From IMG/VR virus record IMGVR_UViG_3300013297_000003: a stretch of DNA of 64,000 nt, one strand, 5' to 3'. Positions 17,891-26,089 of the stretch are shown in pieces. Position 1 is the first letter of the stretch; every line of letters starts with the position of its first letter. This stretch comes from an uncultured virus (IMG/VR IMGVR_UViG_3300013297_000003) (Duplodnaviria; Heunggongvirae; Uroviricota; Caudoviricetes). The position numbers and the translations under genes were made by a program. The notes beneath the pieces are model-generated. The model made no database searches and was not told where the DNA came from. It saw nothing but the letters and a program-made list of their open reading frames with translations.

Positions 17891-18283
17891 ATGAAGAACC
17901 CCTACCGAGTCAAAGACGACGACTGCCGCGAGCTGTGGAGCCTCTCTCGTGGCCGCTGCTACCACTGCCACTACAACCTGTTTCTAGCCCATTTTGGCCG
18001 GCACGGGGAAACCCACCACATTGTGAAGCCCGGCAGGAGCGACCTGCCCACCAACTTCCTACGCCTCTGCGCCTTCTGCCATCGCCTGGCCGAAGGACAC
18101 CAAATTCGGGTGGAAGGAGTAGTCCTGGCCAACCTCACCTTGGCCAACTGCCTGTGGCTCAAAAAAGAGCATGATCCCCACGAATATGACCCCGTGGCCC
18201 TCTGCTCCCTCTTCGGCCAAACTCTGCCAGAGCCGGAACCGCCTAGCACCCAGAGCTTCCCACCTGCTACATTGCGCCTATGA
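17891..18283 (+). CDS. HNH endonuclease (terminase-adjacent)
   Basis: CYHC..THHI..N.LRLCAFCH. Confidence 0.75.
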   Translation: MKNPYRVKDDDCRELWSLSRGRCYHCHYNLFLAHFGRHGETHHIVKPGRSDLPTNFLRLCAFCHRLAEGHQIRVEGVVLANLTLANCLWLKKEHDPHEYDPVALCSLFGQTLPEPEPPSTQSFPPATLRL

Positions 18284-18780
18284 ACGCCATCGACAAAAAA
18301 CCTGCCGAAGAAGAACTGGTCCTCTGGGATCAGTGGGAAGCCGAGCCGGCCCAGCACTATAAATACTTCTTATACTACCTCAATACCGGCATCGCCCGCA
18401 CCGTCAGGAAAGCCGCCATGGCCTTCCACGACGAACTGGACCAAGAAGCCAGGAGCCACGGGGAAGCCCCCGAACTTCCCCTCATGGAGTGCATCCGCGA
18501 ATGGCAGCAAGTGGCCCACAGGTGGGAGTGGGTCAAACGGGCCGACGCCCACGACATGAGCTATCTCCGCGAGCAGGGCAGGGTAGTCATGAAGCGGATG
18601 GGCGAAGCTCTGGAGAAGGCCAGCCAGAAGCTCCTGGACGCCCTGGAAGACGACGACATGAAACCCGCCAACTTTAAGGAAGTGATGGACGGCATCCATG
18701 GCATCACGGCGCTCCTCCCGCGCGGCGAGTCCCTTCCAGGAAATGACAACCGGAATCCGCCGAAGCGGCTTGGCCGGTAA
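18280..18780 (+). CDS. terS: terminase small subunit (probable)
   Basis: W....E....Y..F..YL..G..R..W.W..RA.A.D pattern; directly upstream of TerL. Confidence 0.65.
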   Translation: MNAIDKKPAEEELVLWDQWEAEPAQHYKYFLYYLNTGIARTVRKAAMAFHDELDQEARSHGEAPELPLMECIREWQQVAHRWEWVKRADAHDMSYLREQGRVVMKRMGEALEKASQKLLDALEDDDMKPANFKEVMDGIHGITALLPRGESLPGNDNRNPPKRLGR

Positions 18781-20425
18781 GTACGAAGGCGATCCGGTCG
18801 GCTACGCCCGCGACATTTTGAAGATTCCCTACATCTGGGACAAGATGGCGGAAATCGCCGACGCCCTTTTTAAGCCACCCTACCGGGTCATGGTTCAGTC
18901 TGCCCATTCGGTGGGCAAAACCTGGCTCGCGGCCTGGCTCACGAATTACCACTTCGACACCTTCGACCCCAGCGTTGTCATTACCACCGCTCCCACCGAC
19001 ACGCACATCAAAAAGGTTCTCTGGGCCGAGATCAGGATGCAGAGGCTCAGGGCGGGCCTACCTGACGTGTTTATTGGACCCGCCGCCGCTGAGATGCGAA
19101 CAGCGCCAGATCATTATGCCCAAGGACTGGTCTCGTCCACCGGCGAAGCCTTCCAAGGTCGCCACCCTGCCCGCATGATGGCTATCTTCGACGAAGCCCT
19201 GGGTGTGGACATGGAAATGTGGAATGTCATGAAAACCATGATCAAGCCACAGCCCGGCCACGCCTGGCTGGCCATTTTCAACCCAACGAATCAGAGCAGT
19301 CCTCCCGGCATTGAACAACAAACCGCTGGCGACTCGTGGAAGGTATTCTCTCTCTCAGCCTTGGATCATCCCAACATCTTGGCCGAGGTGGCTGGCGAAG
19401 TCCCGCCCATTCCCGCCGCCGTCTCTCTGCCCCAAGTGAACGACTGGATCAAATCCTGGTCAACACCGCTGGACGCCAAGGACGCCGGCGCTGAAGACGT
19501 GGAATGGCCACTTGGAAGCGGAATTTGGGTTCGCCCAGGCCCGGAGATGGAAGCGAGAGTTCTTGGCCGCTGGCCCAGCCAGTCGATGTACGGCATCTGG
19601 TCCGAGGCCCTATTTGACTATGCCGTCTGTCCGGTATGCCGTGGCAAGAAGAACAAGCCCGAATGCAAAGTTCGGTGCCCATCTCCACCTCCGCCTCTTG
19701 ACGCTCCACCCCATATCGGTGTGGACGTGGCCAGAGGCACCGACAACTCTTGCGATTTCGCCGCGATCCACGTTCGCTGGGGGGACCGATCTCTCCTGCA
19801 CGAGTCGCACCACGGCAGGCGGCTCACCTGGATTACTGGGCGGGCCGTGGAATTGGCCAGGGAGTACACTGATCTAACCAACAGCCTGCGCCGAGCGGCG
19901 GACATGGAAGAGATGGTTTATAGCCAAGTGCCGATTAAGGTTGACGATGAATCGGTTGGAGCCGGGATCACCGACATGCTCTACGAAGCGGAAATGTTCG
20001 TCATCCCCATTCGCTCCAACCACAACGCCCATGCCTGGGATAAATACCCGGAAAAGCGGTCCGAACTTTGGTTCCAGTCGGCTCTCAGGGCTGCGGCTGG
20101 TAAAATGTCGCTGGCCAAACTGGACGCCATCACCCTCAAGCGTCTAAAATCCCAACTCATGGCCCCCCAATGGTGGCTAAACAGCAAAGGCCAGCGGGTG
20201 GTCGAACGTAAAGAAATTACTAAAGATAAGTTAGGTCGATCACCCGATGACGCCGACAGCCTCAACATGGCCTACTACGAAGGTGGGGCCTGGGACGCCC
20301 CGGCAGTCCTTCCAAGGAACAACGAAGACCGTCCCAGTGCCTTTGGACCGGAATTGGCCGAATTGAGACTCTCGGAAGAACATACGAGGCCCAAGAGCAA
20401 ATTTCTCAAAATGTTTGGCAGGTGA
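18743..20425 (+). CDS. terL: terminase large subunit
   Basis: Walker A SAHSVGKT, Walker B IFDEA, FNPT, nuclease IGVDVA and SPDDAD. Confidence 0.93.
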   Translation: MTTGIRRSGLAGKYEGDPVGYARDILKIPYIWDKMAEIADALFKPPYRVMVQSAHSVGKTWLAAWLTNYHFDTFDPSVVITTAPTDTHIKKVLWAEIRMQRLRAGLPDVFIGPAAAEMRTAPDHYAQGLVSSTGEAFQGRHPARMMAIFDEALGVDMEMWNVMKTMIKPQPGHAWLAIFNPTNQSSPPGIEQQTAGDSWKVFSLSALDHPNILAEVAGEVPPIPAAVSLPQVNDWIKSWSTPLDAKDAGAEDVEWPLGSGIWVRPGPEMEARVLGRWPSQSMYGIWSEALFDYAVCPVCRGKKNKPECKVRCPSPPPPLDAPPHIGVDVARGTDNSCDFAAIHVRWGDRSLLHESHHGRRLTWITGRAVELAREYTDLTNSLRRAADMEEMVYSQVPIKVDDESVGAGITDMLYEAEMFVIPIRSNHNAHAWDKYPEKRSELWFQSALRAAAGKMSLAKLDAITLKRLKSQLMAPQWWLNSKGQRVVERKEITKDKLGRSPDDADSLNMAYYEGGAWDAPAVLPRNNEDRPSAFGPELAELRLSEEHTRPKSKFLKMFGR

Positions 20426-20428
20426 GCC

Positions 20429-20749
20429 ATGAGCGACCATGTGCAGATTATCGACGATGGACCGTTTCTCAACCCCAAGGCAGCGGAGATTGCCAGGGAG
20501 TGGGCCGTGACCGAATGCAAGGCGTGGTGCGACAAGCATGGCATTGGCCTTAAACTGTGGTACTACCAGGCCGGCAACGCCCAGTCCAAAGCCGCCTGCG
20601 AAACTGCCGCTGAGCAGAACATTGACATGATCAATATTTTGATTCCACGCCAAGATGGCAGCGAAGGCGTTGAAGTTCTTGAGTACGGCGATAGTGAAGT
20701 TGTTGCGCCGCAACAGGATAGCAAAATTAACTTCCGCGAGTTTTTGTAA
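20429..20749 (+). CDS. small paralog of an internal portal segment
   Basis: WCDKHGIGLKLWYYQAGN..INILIPR..EGVE matches portal WCERTGLGVKLWYYQGGN..TNILIPR..EGVE. Confidence 0.75.
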   Translation: MSDHVQIIDDGPFLNPKAAEIAREWAVTECKAWCDKHGIGLKLWYYQAGNAQSKAACETAAEQNIDMINILIPRQDGSEGVEVLEYGDSEVVAPQQDSKINFREFL

Positions 20750-20750
20750 C

Positions 20751-20772
20751 ATCGGAGCCAATTGGCTCCGAT
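20751..20772. repeat. perfect 22-bp palindrome
   Basis: ATCGGAGCCAATTGGCTCCGAT equals its own reverse complement. Confidence 0.9.
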
Positions 20773-20855
20773 AATATTACGACAAATTAAGGATTCTGGC
20801 TGATCACCAGCGTCAAATTTGCCTTCGGATGGGGAGGTTGTTCTAGGGGCCACTC

Positions 20856-23800
20856 GTGGCATCCATGAACGGCCAGCAGAATGGGCAAAACAACGGCACC
20901 TACCCCTGGGCCACGGGCAACACTCCGCGCACGCTCCTAGACCACAACGGCAACGCCTTCGCTGCCTACGGCATGGGGGTGCCGGGCGGGCCTGAATCAG
21001 GCTACGCCGTCCCTCACGTTATTCAGTTTTCCAGCGTCCTCAAGTCAGGCTGGAACGTCTACCAGCAAAGGAGATACGACCAAGCCTACCGCGAAGATCA
21101 AAAAGCCGCCGTGGAGATGGCCAACAGCGATTGCTTCGTCATGGGCATCTTGAACGAGCGTAGGAGGGACGTAGCCAACAAGGAATGGCGTATCGAGGTG
21201 GACGACGAACACGATCCGGTCGAAAAGTGCCTCAAAGACGGCATGACCAAGATCATCACCAACTTCCCTAATTTCCATAACTTCCTCTATAGCCAAGCCT
21301 TAGCCATCTGGTATGGCCGTATGGCCCAGCAAGTCATCTGGAAGTGGCAGGAAATGAACCTGCCCGACCCAGCCCAGACCATGCCGACCGTCAGTATCCC
21401 CGGCATGCCGCCCAGCAGCCCGGCCAAGACCGCCAAAAGCAAGAAGATGGTAGCCACCGTCGCTCAGCACCAGCCGGTCAATGGCGACTCGATCATCCAC
21501 CACTTCGACGGCACTCCGGGCGTCCTCCTCTATATGCCCAGCGACGTTGGCGACTCGGAGACCGTCTGGACCGACAAGGGCCGCGCCGTCCTTCTCAGGG
21601 GCAACTGGAGGGACCGCTTCCTCATTCACACCCACGAGGCGTGGGCGGGCGATTTCTTCGATGCGGACAGCGCTGAAGCCATCCACGGCTTGGGAGTGCG
21701 CCACTTCATCTACTGGATGAACTGGATGCGCCAGGAGTGGATCACCAACGTGGCCGACTGGTGCGAACGCACGGGCTTAGGTGTGAAACTCTGGTACTAC
21801 CAAGGTGGCAATAAGGTTTCCGAAGAGGCGGTCCGGCGTGCGGCCAGAACCCAGTCGGACCGGACCAATATTCTCATTCCCCGGTACGGGGATGGAAACC
21901 GGGCCGTGGAGGGAGTTGAATACGTCGATACGGCTTCGACCGGCGCTGAACTACTTCTCAAGCTCTGGAAGCACCTGGAAGACATCATCGAGCGGTTTAT
22001 CATCGGGCAGAATGTTTCGGCGGGAAGGGAGTCCTCCGGCATCGGCGGAACCGGGGAAGCGGCATTCGCCGAATCGACCAAGGCGCAGATTACTAGGCTG
22101 GACGCCAAAAACCTGGGCGAGTTCATGACCCAGGAGGTAATTAGTCGGATCAAGACGTGGACGTGGCCGCAGTACAAGAACGTCAACATGCGGATGCGGT
22201 TTAACGTCGATAGGCCCGATCCTACGAGCTGGTTTCAGGCAGCCGGACAATTTATCGGTTTGGGCGGCAAGATCGTGGAGGACGAAGCCAGGAGCGTCCT
22301 GGGGGCCAAGGAGCCGCAAGAAGGGGACAAGGTGCTGGAAAGCCAGCAACCGCTCTCTATTGGCGACCCCGCAGGAGGCGGCGACCCCAACCAGCAATCG
22401 CTGGAGCAACTTCTTAGCCCCATGTCTCCTGAAGAGGAGTCGATGTCCGAGGAGTTGGACTTGGACGGTGGGCATGGTGGCGAACCGACTGAGGAAACAA
22501 CCGAAGAGCCGGAAGTCTCGCAGAAGATCAAGGAAGGGGATGTCCTTCAGTATTTCAACGGTGCCCACTCTCCCAAGGGCGGCATTAACATCCAGGGCCA
22601 GTTCTTTCCCGGTGGGAAATTTATCCCCGCCGAGATCATGGCCAACGCCACTCCTCAAGAGAAGGCGGCGATTACGGGCGGGCAGCAGCCTGAAGGTGCC
22701 CAGCAGAAGAACCAGACGGGTAAGCCGAGCCAGCAGAAACAACCAGGAAGCAATGGCGGCGAAGGCAAACCACAAAAGCCAGGAGATCAAGAAAAAGAAA
22801 ATGCCAATCGTGGCGGCATGTTCGGCAAGAACATGGCCATTGACAACTTTGTGAAAATGGGCTTTGAGGGAGCAACCTCACCTGCGCAGCGTGAAACGGT
22901 CAAGCAAATGGCCAATCACATGCACAAAAAGATGCTCTCGCAAATGAATTTGCGCCTTCAGGCCGAACTTGGCGAAGGCACGGGCGACGAGTTCATGAAG
23001 GCCCTGCAATCCGCTCACACGGACTTCAGAAAGTCTCTCGCTGCCGCTAATGTTGGCCTGGATGAAAACCTGGCCAACTCCATGGACCTGCACACCCGCA
23101 AGATCGAACAGATGGCTCGTGAGCTACTGGCTAAGAAGCCCGCTAAATCCGCTAAGCCACCGGCCAAGGAAGAACCCAAGCCTGTTCCGGAATCCAGAAG
23201 CGGCTCTCCCAAGCCCTTCAAGCACGAAGATCACGCCAATGCAGCAGAAGCCATCAAGGCGCTGAAAAAACAAGTGGGACTTGACAGCGGCAAGTCGAAG
23301 GGCGCGCCATCAACGCCTGAAGAAGTCGCTGGCGCTGTCCACGAAGCCATTGCTGGCCTGCCGAAAAGCGTTTCCTCGAAAAATGGCCAAGGGGCATGGA
23401 CTGGCAATGGCGGCAAGGCTTACATCAGCCACGTTTATAACGCCATCAAAGAAAAGCATCCCGACTTCATGGACAAAGAGCAGTTCAAATCAACCCTGTG
23501 GAAGGCCCACCAGGGCGGCCATGTGGAGTTGAGCCGCAACGACTTGGCTAGTTACAACCATCCTCAAGATGTAAAGGACTCTGAAATCAATCTGATGAAC
23601 GGCCTTGCCACGTTCCACACCATTCGCCCCAAGGAAGGCTTGAGTGGCGAGACGTCGAAGAAACAAGTTGGATTGGATAAGCCACAAAAAGCACAGTCCA
23701 AGAAAGCTGGGAAAGCCGCGAAGGCTGAAGAATCTCCGAAGAACTTCAGCAAAGAGCAGTTATTCGACTACGGCCACAAATCAGTCGGCGACAGGAATAG

Positions 23801-24362
23801 TTCCGCTGACCCGTACAAGACCAAAGACTTTGATCTTGGACCACACTCCAAAGAGGTTGGCGAGATTGAAAAGGCTGTTCAGGAGCAAAGTAAGAAAGGC
23901 GCGTTTGCCGGTCGCTTGACCATCAGCAATATTGTGGACAAGACTGGCCTGCCCGTGGAAACCGTCCATCGCATCTTGGGCAAGATGCACCATGAGAAGC
24001 GGGTTCGCCTTGGACCCTACACCCAGGCTCCAGCAACCCATGAAAAGCCGGAGCATCTTATGCCCATGGACCGGGAGCTGAAGTATTACTTGGAGCCGCA
24101 TGAAAATACTGGCAAAGCACAACCTGCCGACCAAGCCAAGGCTGGAAGCAAGGTTTCCGAAGACGAAGCCCACGCCATGGGCCAAGCCGCCATGAGCGAG
24201 GTGCTGCCGCACAAAGACGACTTCAAAAAGTTGTCTGAGACCTCCAAGCCACACTTGGTCAAGCTGCGCGAAGCCCTTGGTTCGGCCAAGAACGAGAAAA
24301 CGAGAAAGGCCCTGCAAAGCCACATCGATCACATTAGCGCTTTGCTGAGGGTGCATATATGA
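20856..24362 (+). CDS. portal protein (DUF935/Mu gp29-like) with long C-terminal extension
   Basis: Position after TerL; AIWYG, HGLG..IYW..W.ERTG, IIGQ..DAKNL motifs in the first ~490 aa. Confidence 0.8.
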   Translation: MASMNGQQNGQNNGTYPWATGNTPRTLLDHNGNAFAAYGMGVPGGPESGYAVPHVIQFSSVLKSGWNVYQQRRYDQAYREDQKAAVEMANSDCFVMGILNERRRDVANKEWRIEVDDEHDPVEKCLKDGMTKIITNFPNFHNFLYSQALAIWYGRMAQQVIWKWQEMNLPDPAQTMPTVSIPGMPPSSPAKTAKSKKMVATVAQHQPVNGDSIIHHFDGTPGVLLYMPSDVGDSETVWTDKGRAVLLRGNWRDRFLIHTHEAWAGDFFDADSAEAIHGLGVRHFIYWMNWMRQEWITNVADWCERTGLGVKLWYYQGGNKVSEEAVRRAARTQSDRTNILIPRYGDGNRAVEGVEYVDTASTGAELLLKLWKHLEDIIERFIIGQNVSAGRESSGIGGTGEAAFAESTKAQITRLDAKNLGEFMTQEVISRIKTWTWPQYKNVNMRMRFNVDRPDPTSWFQAAGQFIGLGGKIVEDEARSVLGAKEPQEGDKVLESQQPLSIGDPAGGGDPNQQSLEQLLSPMSPEEESMSEELDLDGGHGGEPTEETTEEPEVSQKIKEGDVLQYFNGAHSPKGGINIQGQFFPGGKFIPAEIMANATPQEKAAITGGQQPEGAQQKNQTGKPSQQKQPGSNGGEGKPQKPGDQEKENANRGGMFGKNMAIDNFVKMGFEGATSPAQRETVKQMANHMHKKMLSQMNLRLQAELGEGTGDEFMKALQSAHTDFRKSLAAANVGLDENLANSMDLHTRKIEQMARELLAKKPAKSAKPPAKEEPKPVPESRSGSPKPFKHEDHANAAEAIKALKKQVGLDSGKSKGAPSTPEEVAGAVHEAIAGLPKSVSSKNGQGAWTGNGGKAYISHVYNAIKEKHPDFMDKEQFKSTLWKAHQGGHVELSRNDLASYNHPQDVKDSEINLMNGLATFHTIRPKEGLSGETSKKQVGLDKPQKAQSKKAGKAAKAEESPKNFSKEQLFDYGHKSVGDRNSSADPYKTKDFDLGPHSKEVGEIEKAVQEQSKKGAFAGRLTISNIVDKTGLPVETVHRILGKMHHEKRVRLGPYTQAPATHEKPEHLMPMDRELKYYLEPHENTGKAQPADQAKAGSKVSEDEAHAMGQAAMSEVLPHKDDFKKLSETSKPHLVKLREALGSAKNEKTRKALQSHIDHISALLRVHI

Positions 24363-25522
24363 GCGACGACCGCATAACCGCCGACTGGTACACCGACCTG
24401 TTTAACACCATCCACGATGCGGACGGTGAGATCAGCCAGGATTTGTACGACGTGGCCGACGCCGCTCTGGACGAAGGCGAAGACCAAGTGGACTTCGATG
24501 GCCACTCGTGGAAGATCGTCGATCACGAGAATGGCCGTAAAGACTACGCCAAGGTCCATGCTCCCCTAGGAGGAATTACTGTCATGGGCGTGCCATTCCG
24601 GGGCGGGCAGTTTATCCCCGCTGGCATCATTAAGAAGATGAGCCAAGACGACAAGAATGTTCTCTTTGCCAAACTGGCCCAGCAGAAAGGTATTGATCCG
24701 ACGCTCATTCAAAAGGCCTTGTCCAAGAGCGGCAAGGAAGACGACCAGCACCGCCACAAGAACATCCATGCTCTCCATGGAGCCTTAAAGAAGAGCCACT
24801 CCGACGACTTGGACAAAGCTCTGGCCATCCAGGGAGCGGAAGCGGTCAAACATGCAGGACATGCCAAGCACGGCGGCAAGATGCGGGCCAAGCTCAAAGA
24901 CATGCAGGACATGAAGAAGATGGGTCAGTCTGGAGTAGAGGGGGGCGCTGGTGGCGGTGCGGCGGTGACGGGGCCGGAACAGAAGCCTCAGATCGTTGTC
25001 ACCCAGGCCGCTGATGGTTACGAAGCCAAGTTCGGCGAGTTCGCCGCCACCGGCACCACCCCAGAAGAAGCGGTTGGCGCTCTCATGAAAGAGCACGGCG
25101 AAAAGATGGGCTTGCCCGTGGCCGAGAAGCCCAAGCAATACCAATACCATCCAGAGGTTTATGTCACCGAACAGGCGTTATTTCGCCAGGCTATTGAAGC
25201 GATGGGCAAGCAGCCGCAGCACACCCACATTCACCTGCCGGACAGCATGAAGATGGAAATTCCCACTCCCAATGTGGTAGTCAATGTTCCAGAACAAACT
25301 GCGCCCGTGGTCAATGTGGCTGCCGCCGTGACCAACGTAACCGTGGAAGCTCCCACCGTCAACTTAGCTCCAGCGGACGTGAAGGTGATCACGCCAGCCC
25401 CGATTGTGAACGTGAACCTGCCCATGCCAGTGGCCACGGAAAAGGAAGTGGTCGAGTGGGTCGATGCGGAGAAGACCATTCCCAAGAAGATCAGGGAAAC
25501 TCCTGTTGAAAGGAAAGAATAA
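24359..25522 (+). CDS. head-associated protein with GG.FIP motif and Val/Asn/Pro beta-repeat C-terminus
   Basis: HAPLGGITVMGVPFRGGQFIPA shared with portal extension; PNVVVNVP..PVVNV..PIVNVN tail. Confidence 0.6.
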   Translation: MSDDRITADWYTDLFNTIHDADGEISQDLYDVADAALDEGEDQVDFDGHSWKIVDHENGRKDYAKVHAPLGGITVMGVPFRGGQFIPAGIIKKMSQDDKNVLFAKLAQQKGIDPTLIQKALSKSGKEDDQHRHKNIHALHGALKKSHSDDLDKALAIQGAEAVKHAGHAKHGGKMRAKLKDMQDMKKMGQSGVEGGAGGGAAVTGPEQKPQIVVTQAADGYEAKFGEFAATGTTPEEAVGALMKEHGEKMGLPVAEKPKQYQYHPEVYVTEQALFRQAIEAMGKQPQHTHIHLPDSMKMEIPTPNVVVNVPEQTAPVVNVAAAVTNVTVEAPTVNLAPADVKVITPAPIVNVNLPMPVATEKEVVEWVDAEKTIPKKIRETPVERKE

Positions 25523-25971
25523 TGAGCGCGTATGCGAGGCAGGCTGTAGCACGGTCTGGTGCCGGCTGGACCGTTTCCGGCAATACCGCAACACTAGCGG
25601 CACTTGCCACGTTTCCGGCGATGGCCAGTGGAGCTGGTGGCACCGTGACGCACTTTGGCGTTGGTCGCGCCTCAAGCGGCAACGGCGAGCTACTATTCTT
25701 TGGTACAGTGACCCCTAACCTGGCAGTCGTCGCTGGGGTAACGCCAAAGCTGGACACATCTTCGGTAATTACACAGGCTTCTGACGGCATGGCCAATACT
25801 TCCGCCACGAATTTGTTGCTCTTGATCTTCAACAATACGACTTGGGCCGGTGTTGGCGATGTCACTGGCATTGTAGGATCAACAGCAGCAGGCAGCCTCT
25901 ACCTTAGCCTCCACACGGCTTCTCCGGCTGAGTCTGGCAACCAGGCAACCTCGGAAATAGCTTATTCGTGA
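25522..25971 (+). CDS. virion structural protein, circularly permuted
   Basis: YARQAVAR..FP..GTVTHFGVG half precedes the LLLLIFN..LYLSLHTASP.E.G.Q.TSE.AY half. Confidence 0.7.
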   Translation: MSAYARQAVARSGAGWTVSGNTATLAALATFPAMASGAGGTVTHFGVGRASSGNGELLFFGTVTPNLAVVAGVTPKLDTSSVITQASDGMANTSATNLLLLIFNNTTWAGVGDVTGIVGSTAAGSLYLSLHTASPAESGNQATSEIAYS

Positions 25972-26089
25972 GATTTTTGTAACGGTTTCCAACCTTGACT
26001 GGAATCGTCAAGGCGTCATGAGTTGACCAGCCAAGCATGAGGAACCCATGTCCGTCCGCCCCAACGCCCAGATGCCAGTTAGCTGAACC

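Noticed and set aside
24985..25095. HicB-like antitoxin domain (GTTPEEA)
   Set aside because: Short motif only; no HicA partner
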